Below are positions 24,981 to 35,889 of a DNA stretch of 64,000 nucleotides, piece by piece. The stretch covers positions 62,001 through 126,000 of the forward strand of contig QPMI01000193.1 in NCBI GenBank assembly GCA_004431415.1, written 5' to 3'. Within the stretch, counting starts at the first letter, position 1, and the number at the start of each line of letters is the position of its first letter. This stretch comes from Cyanophora paradoxa CCMP329 (lineage: Eukaryota > Plantae > Glaucophyta). The notes under the pieces are model-generated. The model did no database searches. It saw nothing but the letters and a program-made list of their open reading frames with translations, and was not told the DNA's origin. The position numbers and the translations under genes were made by a program.

Positions 24981-27491
24981 ATGTTGCTCTTGGCCGAGGC
25001 GCTAGCTATAGCGCCGGCGGCGGCGGCCGCGCTTGGCGAGGGCGAGGGAGTGACCATCCGCCTCCTACACGCGCCGCTCGATTTCGCCACGCGGTCAGCC
25101 CTCTACGTTCGGCACGAGCAGATCAAGAGCGCCTTCCAAGACCTGGAGCTCGAGGAGACCGAGTCGACCGGTACCGCCGGTTCGACTCTGACAGTCAAGG
25201 CCGTGGCGACCGCCAGCGTCGCAACGGGCGACAATAGCGCAACGATAAGGAACCTCGCCAACGCTCAGTACTCAGGCACGCCCCCCTTTCACTTTACTCA
25301 ATTTCCAGGGTCGGCCGCAGCTAACTCGCATGCGCCGCCGCAGTCCCCGTGTCCATCGGGTCGCCGGCGCAGACGTTCTACCTGCTCGTCGACACAGGCA
25401 GCACCGACACGTGGGTGCGCGCGCAGGGGGCTCCGGGCTTCGGGCTTCAAAGGCCCGGCTGAGGCCCGGCTGACCCTCGACCCCGCGCGTGCGCGCAGGT
25501 CATCAACTCGAACTGCACGAACTGCCGGGCGCGCAGCACCAAGTACACCTCCTCCGCCTCCTCCACTTACGCCAAGGACGGCCGCCCCTTCTCCATCCAG
25601 GTCCGCCACCCGCCACCCGCCAGCTGCCGACCGCGCCCCGCGCCCCGGCGCGGGATCGTGATCGGATTTGATCTCACCGGAGGGAAGCGCAGTACGGGTC
25701 GGGGGCGGTGGAGGGAGTGATCGGGAAGGAGACGGTGAGCATGGCGGGCTTCTCGGCGGCGGGGCAGGCGATCGGGCTGGCGCACAGCTCGAGCGGCCTC
25801 GGCTCGAGCATCTCGGGCATCCTCGGCCTCGCCTTCCCCTCCATCGCCACCCCCGCCATGCGCCCGCCCCTCTTCGACTCCATCATGACCGCCGTGCGCC
25901 GACCCCGGCCCCGGCCCCGGTTCCGGCCCCGGGGCGCCCGACCCCCTCCCTTGCTTGGACCTGACGCGGCCCCGGCCTCCTCGGCAGCACGCGCTGGCGG
26001 CGAACGTCTTCACGCTGACCCTCGCCGACACGACCGCCGAGAGCACCCTCAGGATAGGGGGCTACCCCTCCGGCCTCACCTACTACGACCTGCCGCTCCT
26101 CTCCCAGGACTACTGGGCGGTGCGCACGCGCCGCCGGACCCCGGGACCCCCCTCCCCGCCCCGTCGATCGCGCCTCACGCCGCCTCCCGCCCCGCCAGGT
26201 CGCGATGCCACGGCTGACGGTGGGGACGGCGGGTGCGAACCTGTGTCTGCGGGCGACGTGCAAGGCGATCGTGGACAGCGGGACGTCGCTCTTCATCGGC
26301 CCCACCGCCGTCATCCAGTCCATCCTCTCCCTCCTCGCCGCCGCCGCCCCGGCCTCCGCGACCTCCGCCGCCTCGGGCGCCACGCGCACCTGGGACTGCT
26401 CCGGCACCCAGGTCCGCCCCGCGCCCCGCGGAGCCACCCGATCCGCGCCAACGGTGCACCCCCCTGCGGCAGAACCTCCCGACGCTGTACATCTCGCTGC
26501 GGGGGACGGGCACGCAGACGCACGTCGTGGCGCTCTCGCCTCAGCAGTACGTCATCGGCTACGGCACCCGCTCATGCGTCTACGGCTTCGGTCCGCCCCC
26601 CTGGCCCGAGCGAGATGTAGAGATCACAGAGACGGAGCGCCGACCCTCTCTTCCCCCCGCAGACGCCCTGGACTCGTCCTCGTTCGACTTCATCCTGGGG
26701 GACGTCTTCATGCGCGCCGCCGTCACCGTCTTCGACCGCACCAACGCCCGCGTCCGCATCTCCCCCACCGGCCCCACCCAGGTGAGCTCGGCGCGGGGCG
26801 CGCTGCCAGGGGGGGGCCCGGGCTGACCTGCGCGGGCGCTGGGGCAGGTCTCCTCGTACGACTGCTCGCCGGGTTGCTCCCCCGTCCTCTCGTCCGCCAC
26901 CGGCGCCTCCTCCTCCGCCTCCTCCTCCTCCTCCTCGGCGGCCTCCTCGGGGACGCCGGGCTCGAGCCCGACGACGTGGTCCGCCGAGGACTCCGCCGCC
27001 GCCGCCGCCGCCTCCGCCGCCTCCGCCTCGGCCGAGGACGCCGCCTCGTTCGGGGGCCTCGGGGTCGTGGGCGTGGCGGCCGTCGGCGCCGCCGCCAGCG
27101 CGATCATCGTCGTCGTCGCCGCGAGCGTCGTCGTCGCCCGCCGCTGGTCGTCCCGCCGCGCCCTCGCCGCCTCCGCCCCGCGGGGCCCCCGGCGGCCGCC
27201 CGGGCCCCGCCCTCGTCTCCATCGCCGTCGCCCCGGGGCCCCCGGCCGCCCCCGCCGCTTCTCCCCGCCGCCCCCTCCCCCGCCGCCCCCGCCCCCGCTC
27301 CAGCCGGGGGCGCCCCCGCCCCCGCCGTCATCGCGTACCCCGTCGAGCAGGGCGCCGCCCTGTACCCCAGCTACCCCTCCGCACCCGCGATGCCCTACCC
27401 CGCCGCGTACCCCGCTGGGCCTGGGCCGGCGCATGCGCAGGCGGCGCACCCGCACACACCGAGCAGCGTCGCTCTCCAGGTCGAGCCCTGA
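24981..27491 (+). CDS. Pepsin-family (A1) aspartic protease, predicted type I membrane protein
   Basis: Signal-like MLLLAEALAIAPAAAAA; catalytic motifs LLVDTGSTDTW and AIVDSGTSLFIGP; flap YGSG; GILGLAF; FILGDVFMR; Ser/Ala stalk, hydrophobic TM segment, Pro/Tyr-rich tail. Alternative start at 24915. Confidence 0.92.
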
Positions 27492-27801
27492 CCGTTGAGC
27501 ATCGTTGGCCATGGCGCGCTCTGCGTTCCAGCTATACTTGCGATGAATTCAAATTATCTAGATATCTTGTGCTTGTCAGATAACGGTTAACACGCTTGTG
27601 CTTTTCATGTTTCCTTTCGAATCTCCGTCTTCAAGGCTTCGCAATTGCAAGTCTGCTAGTATACATGTACAGCTCGATAGCAATGCAGTAGTTCTAGTTA
27701 GATTATGCTTTTTCACTGTATACTAATTATAAGCTAATAAGATTAATGTAACATACGAGCTCGAGGCGCGATCGCGGGCGCTTCAGGAGAAGGCGACGCT
27801 A

Positions 27802-30056
27802 CTAGCTAGGCGGCCCCAGCTGAACACCGGCGTCTTGGGCGGGCGCCGCTGGGGCCGGGGCAGGCCTAGGATCGTCGTGCGCGGTCTCCGACCCCGCCTC
27901 CTGATCCCGACCCGCCAGCTGGGAAGAGTTGAGGAGGGCAGCACGGCATCCCAGACTCGTGATCACAGGTGGGATGGGCACCCGTGCGGCGGTGACCTCT
28001 TCTCGGACGCGCCGCGGGGAGCCGGCGGGGGTGCGCGCGCCAGCACCTGGGCGCGGAGCGGCCGGCTGCGGGTCGGAAGCCCCTGCAGTTGGAGGCGCTA
28101 CCGCCAGCGGAGGGGCGGCAGGGGCTGCTGCGGCCGGGCCGGGCGGGTCCGCTGAGGGCGACGGCGGTGGGTGCAGGGCGGCGGCGGAGGCCGGGGCGGG
28201 TGGCGCGGGGCCGGCAGAGTGGCCGGGCACCGCACGCGCCGGCGAGGCGCCGCGAGGCATCGTGCGCCGCGACTGACTCGCCGGCGCCGTCGAAGGCAGC
28301 AGCGGCTGCCGCTCGGCGCCGGCCGCCGCTGGGAGCTGCGCAGAGGGCTCAGCGGGGGCCGGCCCGGGGTGCGGGGCCGCGGGCTCGCTCGGTGGCGGTT
28401 GAGGTACACGGCAAACGCCGTAAGGACGAACAGCGAGAGGCCGACCGCCGCCGCCTGCGCGCCCCACCCGCCCCGCCCCTTCCCTCCCGCGCCCTTCTCG
28501 CCCCCGTCCTCTTCCTCCTGCTCCGCGGCTGCGGGGGGCAGGAGGTCGGCGGCCAGTAGACCACGGAGGGGCACCGCGGGCACTCACGCGTGAGGCGGAG
28601 CAGGCGCCGCGAGCCGTAGTCCGCAAGGAGCACGTCCCCTTCCTGGGGGTACGTGAATCCTCTGGGGGGTACGGGCGGGCGCCACAGAGCGCACGTGGAC
28701 GCAGACGCCGGCGGGGCGGCTCAGCCGCGCGGCTGAACCCACGCCCTCCACCGCCCCGCGGCTGCCCGCGGCGCCCGCCAGCGTGCTCACAACGCCTGGC
28801 GAAGGAGTCATAGGAGGGGGGTAGGGTGAGGAAACGGGGCAGGGTACCGGAGCGCAGATCGAGGTGGCGCACGAGCGCGTTGCCCGAGTCCGAAACGAGC
28901 AGCGCACCCCCCTCCGCGTCCAGGGCGAGCCCCTCGGGCGCGCCGAAGCAGGCTGCTGTACCCCTGGCACGCGGCGCTCGGACGAGCGGCTTTAGGGGAC
29001 CCAAGGAGTGCGGGCGATGTGTACCGCCCGTCCGCGGCGCCGGCGGCCCCGCAGCCGGCGAGGACCCTGGCCTCGCCCGCTGCCGGGGCGGTCGGGCGGG
29101 TACGCGCGATGCACGGGGCGCAGGGGACCGCACTCGAGAGGCCGACGGCGTAGATGGAATTCTTGGCGGCGTCGGCGACGTAAAGAGAGCCAGAGGGGGC
29201 GTGGAGGGCGAGCCCGCGCGGGTTCAGCAGGCCCGAGTCCGCGGGCGTCACGACGTCCACGACGCCTTCGGGTTCGAATCCGGCGCTCAGGCGCGTCCGG
29301 CGTGCGCGGGGCGCAGGGCAACGGCGGACCGATCTCCTCGGAGAGAGCGACGCGGCGCACGACGTGGTTCCCGCTGTCTGGCGGCACGGCAGTTGGAACT
29401 CGCCATCCGAACTCGAGCGCGAGCGCGAGCGCGCACCGGCCACGTAGACGAACTGGCTGCGGGAGTCGACAGCGAGCCCAAACGGCGCGTTGAAGAGCGC
29501 GCCCGTCGTGCGGGTCGGGCCAGCGCGCATCCCCGCATCTCCTGGCGTCCCAGCGAGGAGAGCAGCCTCGCCGGGGACGCCGCCTGCGCGAGCAGGTCTG
29601 TCATCGGGTCCGAGAGCATGCAGATCTAGAGAAGGCCCGCGCACCGACAAGCGGAGCTTCCCACAGCGCGTTCGACGACTTGTCGGCGATGAGGAGAGCG
29701 CAACCTCTGGCGCGCTCGGCGACGGCAAGGCCGCTCAGCACGCCGAAAGTGTACGTGGTCTCGTTGTGGCGCTTCGAATACGCCGCCTCCTTGAGCACTG
29801 CCACGGGCGGCGCGGCGGCATCGGGCGGCATCGCGTGGACCTCCCGTCCTACGGCGATGAACAGCACAGGACGGCCGCAAGCGGGGCCGGTGATGGCGAG
29901 GCCCCAGGGAGAGGCGCTCGGTACCTGCGCGAGCGTCGAGACATTCGCCACCAGCAAAGGAGCGGCGTGCGCAAAGAGAATAGCCTGTGCCGCGAGGAAC
30001 AGAGCCGCAACGGGCGCTGCGAGGGGCGGCGAGGCTGGCGAGGTTGGCGAAGCCAT
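27802..30056 (-). CDS. NHL-repeat beta-propeller, single-pass membrane (receptor-like) protein
   Basis: Signal peptide; repeats FNAPFGLAVDSRSQFVYVADSGNHVVRRV, LLNPRGLALHAPSGSLYVADA, FGAPEGLALDAEGGALLVSDSGNALVRHL; TM AAAVGLSLFVLTAFAVYL followed by basic residues and a Pro-rich tail. Confidence 0.85.
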
Positions 30057-30269
30057 TCGCTCGTGTTTGGCCGTACCCCGTTGGTCAAACCCATCGTTTA
30101 ACCCGAGGGTCGCTTTCCAGCTACTGGAGACATCATTCCTTGCCAAATTATGGATATCGATCTTCGTATCGCTTAGCTAGCGAATTCACCAACGGGAACG
30201 CTTGTCAAGCTCTGGCGGACTCGACCTCGACGGCCGCTTCCCCCAGCCGCGGCAGCGCGGCGATCTAGC

Positions 30270-32349
30270 ATGCTCAAGCCCCCGCCACCGTCCGAGAGTC
30301 TCAAGGGCAACCGGCAGCCCGCCAGCGCCCCCCCAAAGGCGTCGTCTCCAAGGTCACCGAGGCAGTCGCCGCGCGGGCAGCCGGCGCCGGCGCCGGCGGC
30401 CCCTCCGCCTGGTGACATGCTTTCACGACTTGAGGACTTCGAGCGGCACCACGGCTTCCGGCCGCGGCACGCCTTCCTCGCGTTCAAGCGGGCGTCGGGC
30501 TCGGACCTCGCGCAGCTCGTCGAGCTCTTCCTCAAGACGCACGGGTCCGGCCCCGGCAGAACGGCCCCACGGCCCCCGCGCCCCGCCCGAGGCGCCGCGC
30601 CCGACGCGGGGCCGGCGGCAGGTACTCGGCGATGCTCGGGGGCGACGCCCGCGCCGTGAGCTCCTGCGCGTGCCTCGTGCTCGTCCTCACGGCCGCCCGC
30701 GACGAGAAGGGCAGGCGCGCCGCCCCCGCCCCCTCCCCCGCCCCGCGGCGCCGACGCCGCGCGCCGGGCCGGCTCTGCGCCGCAGGCTCGTGGGGGCGTT
30801 CGACGCCGGCGACGGGGACCACCTCTGCCGGCGGGCCGCCGCCCACGCCTTCGCCGCCGGCATGGTGCCCCGCCCCGCCCCGCCCCCAGCCCCCGCCCCG
30901 CCCCTCACGCCCCGCGCCCCGGCGCCCCGCAGGCCATCATCGCCGTGACGCGCGCCCCGTTCGAGTGGCCCAAGGGCGACGGCGCCCCCGCCGAGCTGCG
31001 CGCACTCGCCGCCGTACCCCCACTCCGCTGGGACCCCGAGGTGCCCGCCCTTTCCCCCGTCTGGTCTCAGCTCTTGCTGAGCTGGTACCCCCGCAGCACC
31101 CGGCCCCCTCGCTCGCCGAGATCAGCCGGCGCGTCCAGCAGGTACCCCGGCCCCGCGCTCTCGCGCCGGCTCCGAGCCGCGCCGACGGGTACCCCCTCGC
31201 AGGCCGCGGTGGGCCGGTGCCGCGAGTGGCGCTGCCCGCCCGAGCTGCTCGCCCTGCGGCCCGCCGACCGCCTGCCCCTCCGGTCCGACCCGCCCGCCGC
31301 CCCGCTGCCGCCCGCCGCCCCGCCGCGCCCCTGAGGGCCGCCCAGGGCGCCCTGGCCCCGGGTCCGCGCCCGCGCCCCCCCGGCCTCCGGCGGCCTCCCG
31401 GAAGAGGACCCCGGGCGGGCCATTGCCGAGAAGGCTCGTGCACCTCATCACCCCTCCCCTCCCCTCTCCACCCCCTTCTATCCCCCCCCTCCCCCCCCCC
31501 CCCGCATCGTGACGGGTAGCGCGCAGCGTGCGGAGCTGGCGGAGCTGCGGGCGCGGCTGAACGAGCTGCGCCTGAGCGACCTCTCCGCGCGGGCCGAGCG
31601 GGGCGGGCGGACGCCCCCGCGGCGCCCCCTCCACGCGCACTTCGCCGACGGGCCCGACCGGCTGCCCGCCCCGGAGGAGGAGGGGTGTGTCGCGGGGGTG
31701 CCGGAGCCGGAGGGGGAGCTGCGGGGCGAGATGCAGAGCCTGCGGGTGACGATCGAGAGGCTGCGGGGCGTGCTCGCCACCTCCCGCGTGGGCGACCTCG
31801 CGCCCCTCCGCGCCGAGCTCCAGGCCCCCCCCCCCCCCCCCCCCCCCCTTCCCCGGCACCCGATCCGACCTGTACCCCGGCAGGCGGCGTGGGCTGCGTC
31901 GGAGGACGCGCGGGCGGAGGCGATCCGCGCGCAGGCGCAGGCTCGAATCCTGGAGAGGGAAATAGGGCGGCTCCGGGAAGAGAAGCGGGTGCGCGGCGAC
32001 CGGGGCGCGGGGGCGGCGGCCGCCACGGGGCCCTGACGGAGCGCCCGATCAGAGGCTGGAGGAGGCGAGCGCGGCGTCCGGGGCCGGGGGCGGCGGCTCC
32101 CGCAGCGCGTCCTGCATGGTGAGCGGGCGGGGGCCCCCGGCCCCACCGCGTCGCCCTCGCTCGCCTGACCCCGCGAAGATATGCGGCGGGGCGGGGCACT
32201 TTGCGGCCGACTGCCCCGTGCTGGGCGGCCAGGGCGGCTCCGCCTCCTCGAGGGGATCGGGCCACGGCTCCAGGCGGAGGCGCGGCTGGTCGGCCGGCGG
32301 CCACGCTGGCGGTGGTGCGCATGCAGGGGCTCGCGTGCTCCCCCTGTAG
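30270..32349 (+). CDS. SARM1-like TIR domain protein with a coiled coil and C-terminal CCHC zinc knuckle
   Basis: Spliced: HAFLAFKRASGSDLAQLVELFLKTHGYS..AVSSCACLVLVLT..DHLCRRAAAHAFAAGMAIIAVTRAPFEWP..APAELRALAAVPPLRWDPEHPAPSLAEISRRVQ parallels the SARM1 TIR motif order. LRGEMQSLRVTIERLRGVL is coil-like; CMICGGAGHFAADC fits CX2CX4HX4C. Confidence 0.75.
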
Positions 32350-33027
32350 GCTGTTGGCTGTCAGCCTGCATTGCCCTGCAGGGCAAACGTACACGTAGGA
32401 GCTTGTGTGCCGGGCGTGTATAAATATTAAATGCAGATTCCCCCTGATTCTGCGTGCATGCACGCCGGTGCCGGGGCGCCATTGCAACTTGCAAGGGAGG
32501 CCTGAGGAGACCCGGCCTGACCCTCTGCACTCGGCCGCGGGCTAGCTAGCGCTCACGTGCACTGAGTCAGCGGCTTGATCACGAGTTGGCCATGTATGGC
32601 CATGGCCGGCGCCATGCAATATGGGCCGGGGCACATAAACTTCAAGGCTTCGGCCCCGGCTAGCGCTCAGCGGCTACTAGACGAAACCCGATGGTAATTA
32701 TAACGGGGCTAGACGCCGCCTATATATACATATATCGTATCGTGTTCGAATTCAGTGTCTTACAATCTTCAATGATTCTCCATTACTGCTATCTGTCACA
32801 CGGTCACAGTGTCGCCTAGGCGGCCTAGCCCGCTGCCCCCCTCGAGCTCGCTGCGCCAGCACACAGCACATAATCGATATCCCCAACCCGGCGGCCCGGC
32901 CCAATTTTGCTGTATTAATTCTGGACCGGTATACCGTATACGTTACATATATTATCATTGAATACGTACCAGAATCATGGCAGAATGCGCTCTTGTGCAT
33001 GACACAGTTGACACTGCATGTCACGAG

Positions 33028-33531
33028 TAGGGCTGGGTCCAGTGAGATCAGTGGAGGGTCGAGGGTCTCACTCCACTCACTGAGTGAGGATTTTGGCTCA
33101 CTCGTACAAAGAAAAATGTATGGGGCGAGTGAGCCGGACCTCAGCCCGCGCCGCGCGGGGGGGGTATCTGGCGCCATTACTAAGTTAAATCACGACCCAG
33201 GCGCCCCACCTAACCGTTGAACGATTTGGGGGTACTTTTGAGTCAGATCTACCTGCGTATAGCGTAGCGCTAGCAGCACCGCGCGCGATGCTGACCATCA
33301 CCAATTTGAAATTCGAAACGACCTCTCAGAGTCTCGACATTTTAGAAGCTCGCGGAAACAGCTGGCAGTTAAGGCACGTAGCGCCTGAAAACACGGCGAA
33401 ATCTGGGTCGTTTTAGGTCGTTTTTCGCGTATACGAAAACGTACCCCCTGCTCACTACAGTGACTGAGTGAGTGGGACGCAAAAAGCTCACTCACAAAGT
33501 GAGCCCGCGGACCTCACTGGGCGCAGCCCTA
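33028..33531. mobile_element. Non-autonomous hAT-type element (MITE), 504 bp
   Basis: TIRs TAGGGCTGGGTCCAGTGAG / CTCACTGGGCGCAGCCCTA (17/19 match); perfect 8-bp target duplication GTCACGAG at 33020-33027 and 33532-33539; subterminal CTCACT/AGTGAG repeats. Confidence 0.92.
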
Positions 33532-33708
33532 GTCACGAGTCTTGTCACGGTGTCACCGTCTCTTGTGTCCCCGATACTAAGAAGTAGTCCGGCAATTCAC
33601 CAAAAACAATAAGTAGAATTTCGAAGGCTACTAGAAGGCTAGTAGAAGCTAACTTAAGCTTAAGTAATTTTTTTATAATGTAATATGCTAGTACTAGTAG
33701 GAGCCTAC

Positions 33709-34000
33709 TACTGTAGGATTGCTTTTTTAGCCGATGTTTTAAATTGCCGTACTACGGTATATTGCCGTCGTCACTGAGTCAATTTGCCGAGAGGCCGAAT
33801 TCGGCAATTTGGAGCCGCGGCAATTCTCAGGGGGTAGGCCGGGGCCGTAGGGCTAGAAATCATGCCGCGCCATAGAAGAAATCCAGAGTTTCGGCAATTT
33901 ATCGCCACGGCAATTCCGGTCCGGTTTTGCTCGAATTCGGCAATTTAACTACGCGGCAATTTAAGCATTCAATAATTCCTACTGTGTGCATCCTACAGTA
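33709..34000. mobile_element. MITE with TACTGTAGGAT termini (probable Tc1/mariner-pogo class)
   Basis: Ends TACTGTAGGAT..ATCCTACAGTA; internal ATTGCCG motifs on the left and CGGCAATT motifs on the right. Confidence 0.7.
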
Positions 34001-34057
34001 CTAGGAGCCTCGGAGGTCGACTAGTACTGTACTAGAACTTCTAGAATCTAGAAGCAC

Positions 34058-34673
34058 TACTGTAAACGTAGAAATGTTCGTCGAGACTTAATTTCGACAA
34101 AACCCGAAAATCGTGACGAAAAGATTTTTTTTTGAGAGACTACGGTGGGGCGAACCCCCCGTAGGTAGTGATATTAAAGACAACAAAGCAATCACAAATC
34201 AAAGATACAGTAAACTAGCACAAAATATATACAGAATCAAGAGGGATCACGAGAAGGGACACGATCAGAAGAACGCAAAAGATAAGGAGAACGAGCACGA
34301 GGAGAAGGAGTAGAAGAGCTCAAGGGCGTCGATGCAGAAGTACTAGTCACACTAGAACGACGAGGAGCACGGGGACGCAGCAAATAAGGAGAACGAGCAC
34401 GAGGAACTACAGTCGAAGACGAAGATCTAGACGAAGACGACAAGACAGAGCTAACAGCAGAACTAGAAGACGTAGTCGCAGGAGGCAGCATCAATTTTTC
34501 GTTAGCCCCGCGACTCCGCCATAGACAGGTCAGCCGTTAGTACCCCTCTCAATACAAAAGTTCAGTTCAAGAGTATCAAATATTCGTCAAAGTGCATGCG
34601 CAGTGCGCACTGCGCAGGGCTGACGAATATAGACGAAATAAAGACGCTGTCGAAGATTCCTACGTTTACAGTA
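34058..34673. mobile_element. MITE with 25-bp TIRs starting TACTGTA (probable Tc1/mariner-pogo class, TA target)
   Basis: Left TACTGTAAACGTAGAAATGTTCGTC versus reverse complement of right end TACTGTAAACGTAGGAATCTTCGAC (22/25); subterminal GACGAA motifs; purine-rich interior with duplicated ATAAGGAGAACGAGCACGAGGA. Confidence 0.85.
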
Positions 34674-35889
34674 CTAGTAGCTATAGCCTAAAAGTACTTG
34701 GGGAATTATAACGTTAACCGTTCGTCGCGCGGCGTTTCGGTTTTGCACCCTAGGCCTGCCATATATATATTTGCATGCAAATTGATCCAATGTGAATTGC
34801 ATCTAAATTTGCATGCATAATGTAAGTTCACTCTGAATCTTCGCGTCATGATGAAAAACAACCGATGTCGATCAAAGCCCTAATTTTAGGCGCAGTTTAA
34901 TTAGATGTATAGAATCGAAAAGGTTGATATAAATATTTGCGTGAAGTATATTTTAGTATAGTGTATACATATATGCAGCAAAATATTAAACCGGTGGCCG
35001 AAATATATGTTTACATTTTGGATGTACAGCTATAGCTATATATATATAGCTATACACGATTGCAATAAATTCTAATATTACGCTATGACCGTTGAACGTC
35101 GTGGGGGTACAGCTATATGAACCGGCAAGCTTGCGGGAAGAGAAGCGCTCGAGCTCAGCGGCTAGGCTCCGCTAGCACCGTTTCATCAACACGTCTAGCC
35201 TAGCGCTCGCTAGCGGCGCCTTTCAAGTTTATAGCTATAGCCAGGATAGCCTATAGCAGTAGCTGCGCTAGCTCGCGGCGCCTCGCGATCGCGATCGAGC
35301 TCGCGCTCGCGTCGACGTCGAGTCGATCATCGGATGCCTGCCAGGCTGCAGCTGACGGACGTATACCGTAGTACGTACGTATACGCGTCGACACTGACGA
35401 CAGCTGCAGTCGTGAATGACTCGTGATTAGGCATAGTAGTGCGTCGCGCGCGACCGTCGGACATCGACATGTCATGATGCCCGCGGTCGGCCGGCGCGCC
35501 GCGCAGTCCTAGCGATGAGAGCTCGAGAATAGGCCAGCTCGATACGCCATCGCTCACCTCGTACGCGTTCGCGCGACTTCTTCATCGGAGTTCTTCTCGC
35601 CGAGCTTGAAGCTAGCTTCGCGCTTGAAGTCGATCGACCGTCACGGCCGCGACACGGCGTACGTCCCGAGTGACGAGTCTCAACGGTCCTCGAATTTGCA
35701 AGTTGCTCGTCGAATCGAGTGCCCGCTGCATTTGCGCTGCGTGCAACGGTGATCGGATGAGCAAACGGGATTAGAATTTAGAACGGCACTGCGGCGGGCG
35801 TTGGCTGCGGGATCCCAGCTGCAGCTCGCCGCATCATGGACCTCGAGCAGCCTTGGAGCCGCTCGACTTGCAGCAGAAATCCGAACGCA

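Noticed and set aside
33740-33960. Repeated CGGCAATT motifs as a CRISPR-like array
   Set aside because: Repeats are only 7-9 bp, irregularly spaced, in both orientations and inside TIRs; no cas genes are present.
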